A stretch of DNA of 64,000 bases, filler included, from Octopus bimaculoides (taxonomy: Eukaryota): the NCBI RefSeq assembly GCF_001194135.2. It is 6 parts of 5 records of this genome, joined end to end, with 100 filler letters (N's around TTAATTAATTAA, not from the genome) between each part and the next. Parts side by side here need not be neighbours in the genome. Positions count along the whole stretch, not along the records: positions 62,955 to 64,000 come from NC_068985.1; 5 more parts are not named here. The stretch is one strand, 5' to 3'. Both the position numbers and the translations under genes were made by a program. Each line of letters opens with the position of its first letter. Position 1 is the first letter of the stretch. Below the pieces are notes generated by a model. It saw only the letters and a list, made by a program, of their open reading frames with translations. It searched no databases and had not been told where the DNA came from. This document shows, one piece after another, positions 63,475-64,000 of this stretch.

Positions 63475-63737
63475 ACCCTAATTAAATTATTCTAAATGAC
63501 TTGAGATCGTCGTTCTGCCTTGGTTTTAAATTTTCCTCTAATATAATATGTGCCGTGTCTGGGATACATATAAATACTCTAACATTACTATTCATACTTC
63601 GAAGTGGTTTTCTATATATATTTCATATGTATATATTTGTATGTGTGTGTGTGTGAGTGGGTGTGTGTGTCCGTGTGTGCGTGTGTGCATGTTTGTGTGT
63701 GTGCATGTGTGTGTGTGTGTGTGTGTGTGTATACACA

Positions 63738-63759
<22 letters not shown>

Positions 63760-63768
<9 letters not shown>

Positions 63769-64000
63769 AGGGACAAAATCCAAAATTACAGGTAAAAACT
63801 CAATTAAAATCAATTTATAAAAAATTAAAATTAAATTGAGCTTTATAGATAAAATATATACAAAAAATATATAGTTTTAGGGAAAATAACCAAGTTTCAA
63901 GAACTCATCGATGAAAATCCACTATCACATATAGAAAAATTTATAATTAAAAGCACAATAAATGAGTATAATATAAAGTAAAGTAAATATCATAAGATAA
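63760..64000 (+). mobile_element. Possible N-terminal region of a Penelope-like ORF running off the window
   Basis: AT-rich K/I/N-rich frame (GKITKFQELIDENPLSHIEKFIIKSTINEYNIK) directly after the inverted pLTR; no diagnostic motif inside the window. Confidence 0.3.

Larger units (their letters stand above)
63032..63548. mobile_element. Inverted pair of Penelope-type pseudo-LTRs, each with a hammerhead-like motif
   Basis: ccctaattaaattattctaaatgacttgagatc(g/a)tcgtt(c/t)tgccttggtttt and tattcatac(c/t)ttgtctctga(t/a)gacggaac are present in both orientations. Confidence 0.85.

Overview
AT-rich, repeat-dominated eukaryotic genomic DNA with many N gaps. The tRNA-derived SINE families, RTE tails ending in (GAT)n, and microsatellite style point to an octopus, probably Octopus bimaculoides; this is inference from recognised repeats, not a search result. 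No complete protein-coding gene is visible. Most of the window is decayed mobile DNA: two L1/Tx1 LINE fragments, several RTE LINE pieces, R4/Dong- and HERO-type restriction-endonuclease LINEs, at least three Penelope-like elements, three mariner remnants, two Helitron helicase remnants, several MITE/fold-back elements, more than 15 SINE copies and many microsatellites. A few short segments with good splice signals may be exons of host genes (137-307, 5409-5467, 16166-16205, 26473-26571, 59782-59896), but none can be assigned to a family. The most notable observations are: (i) minimal hammerhead-ribozyme-like motifs, including one in each arm of an inverted Penelope-type pLTR at 63.0-63.55 kb; (ii) many fold-back structures, which would be potential ADAR substrates if transcribed; (iii) a Cys-rich ORF enclosed by a diverged inverted repeat at 20.2-20.7 kb; (iv) a 3'-truncated Tx1 LINE bracketed by inverted repeats; and (v) a 2.4-kb CpG-rich ACGA/ACGT satellite that flips orientation internally. 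Most ORFs in the supplied track are microsatellite or N-gap artefacts.
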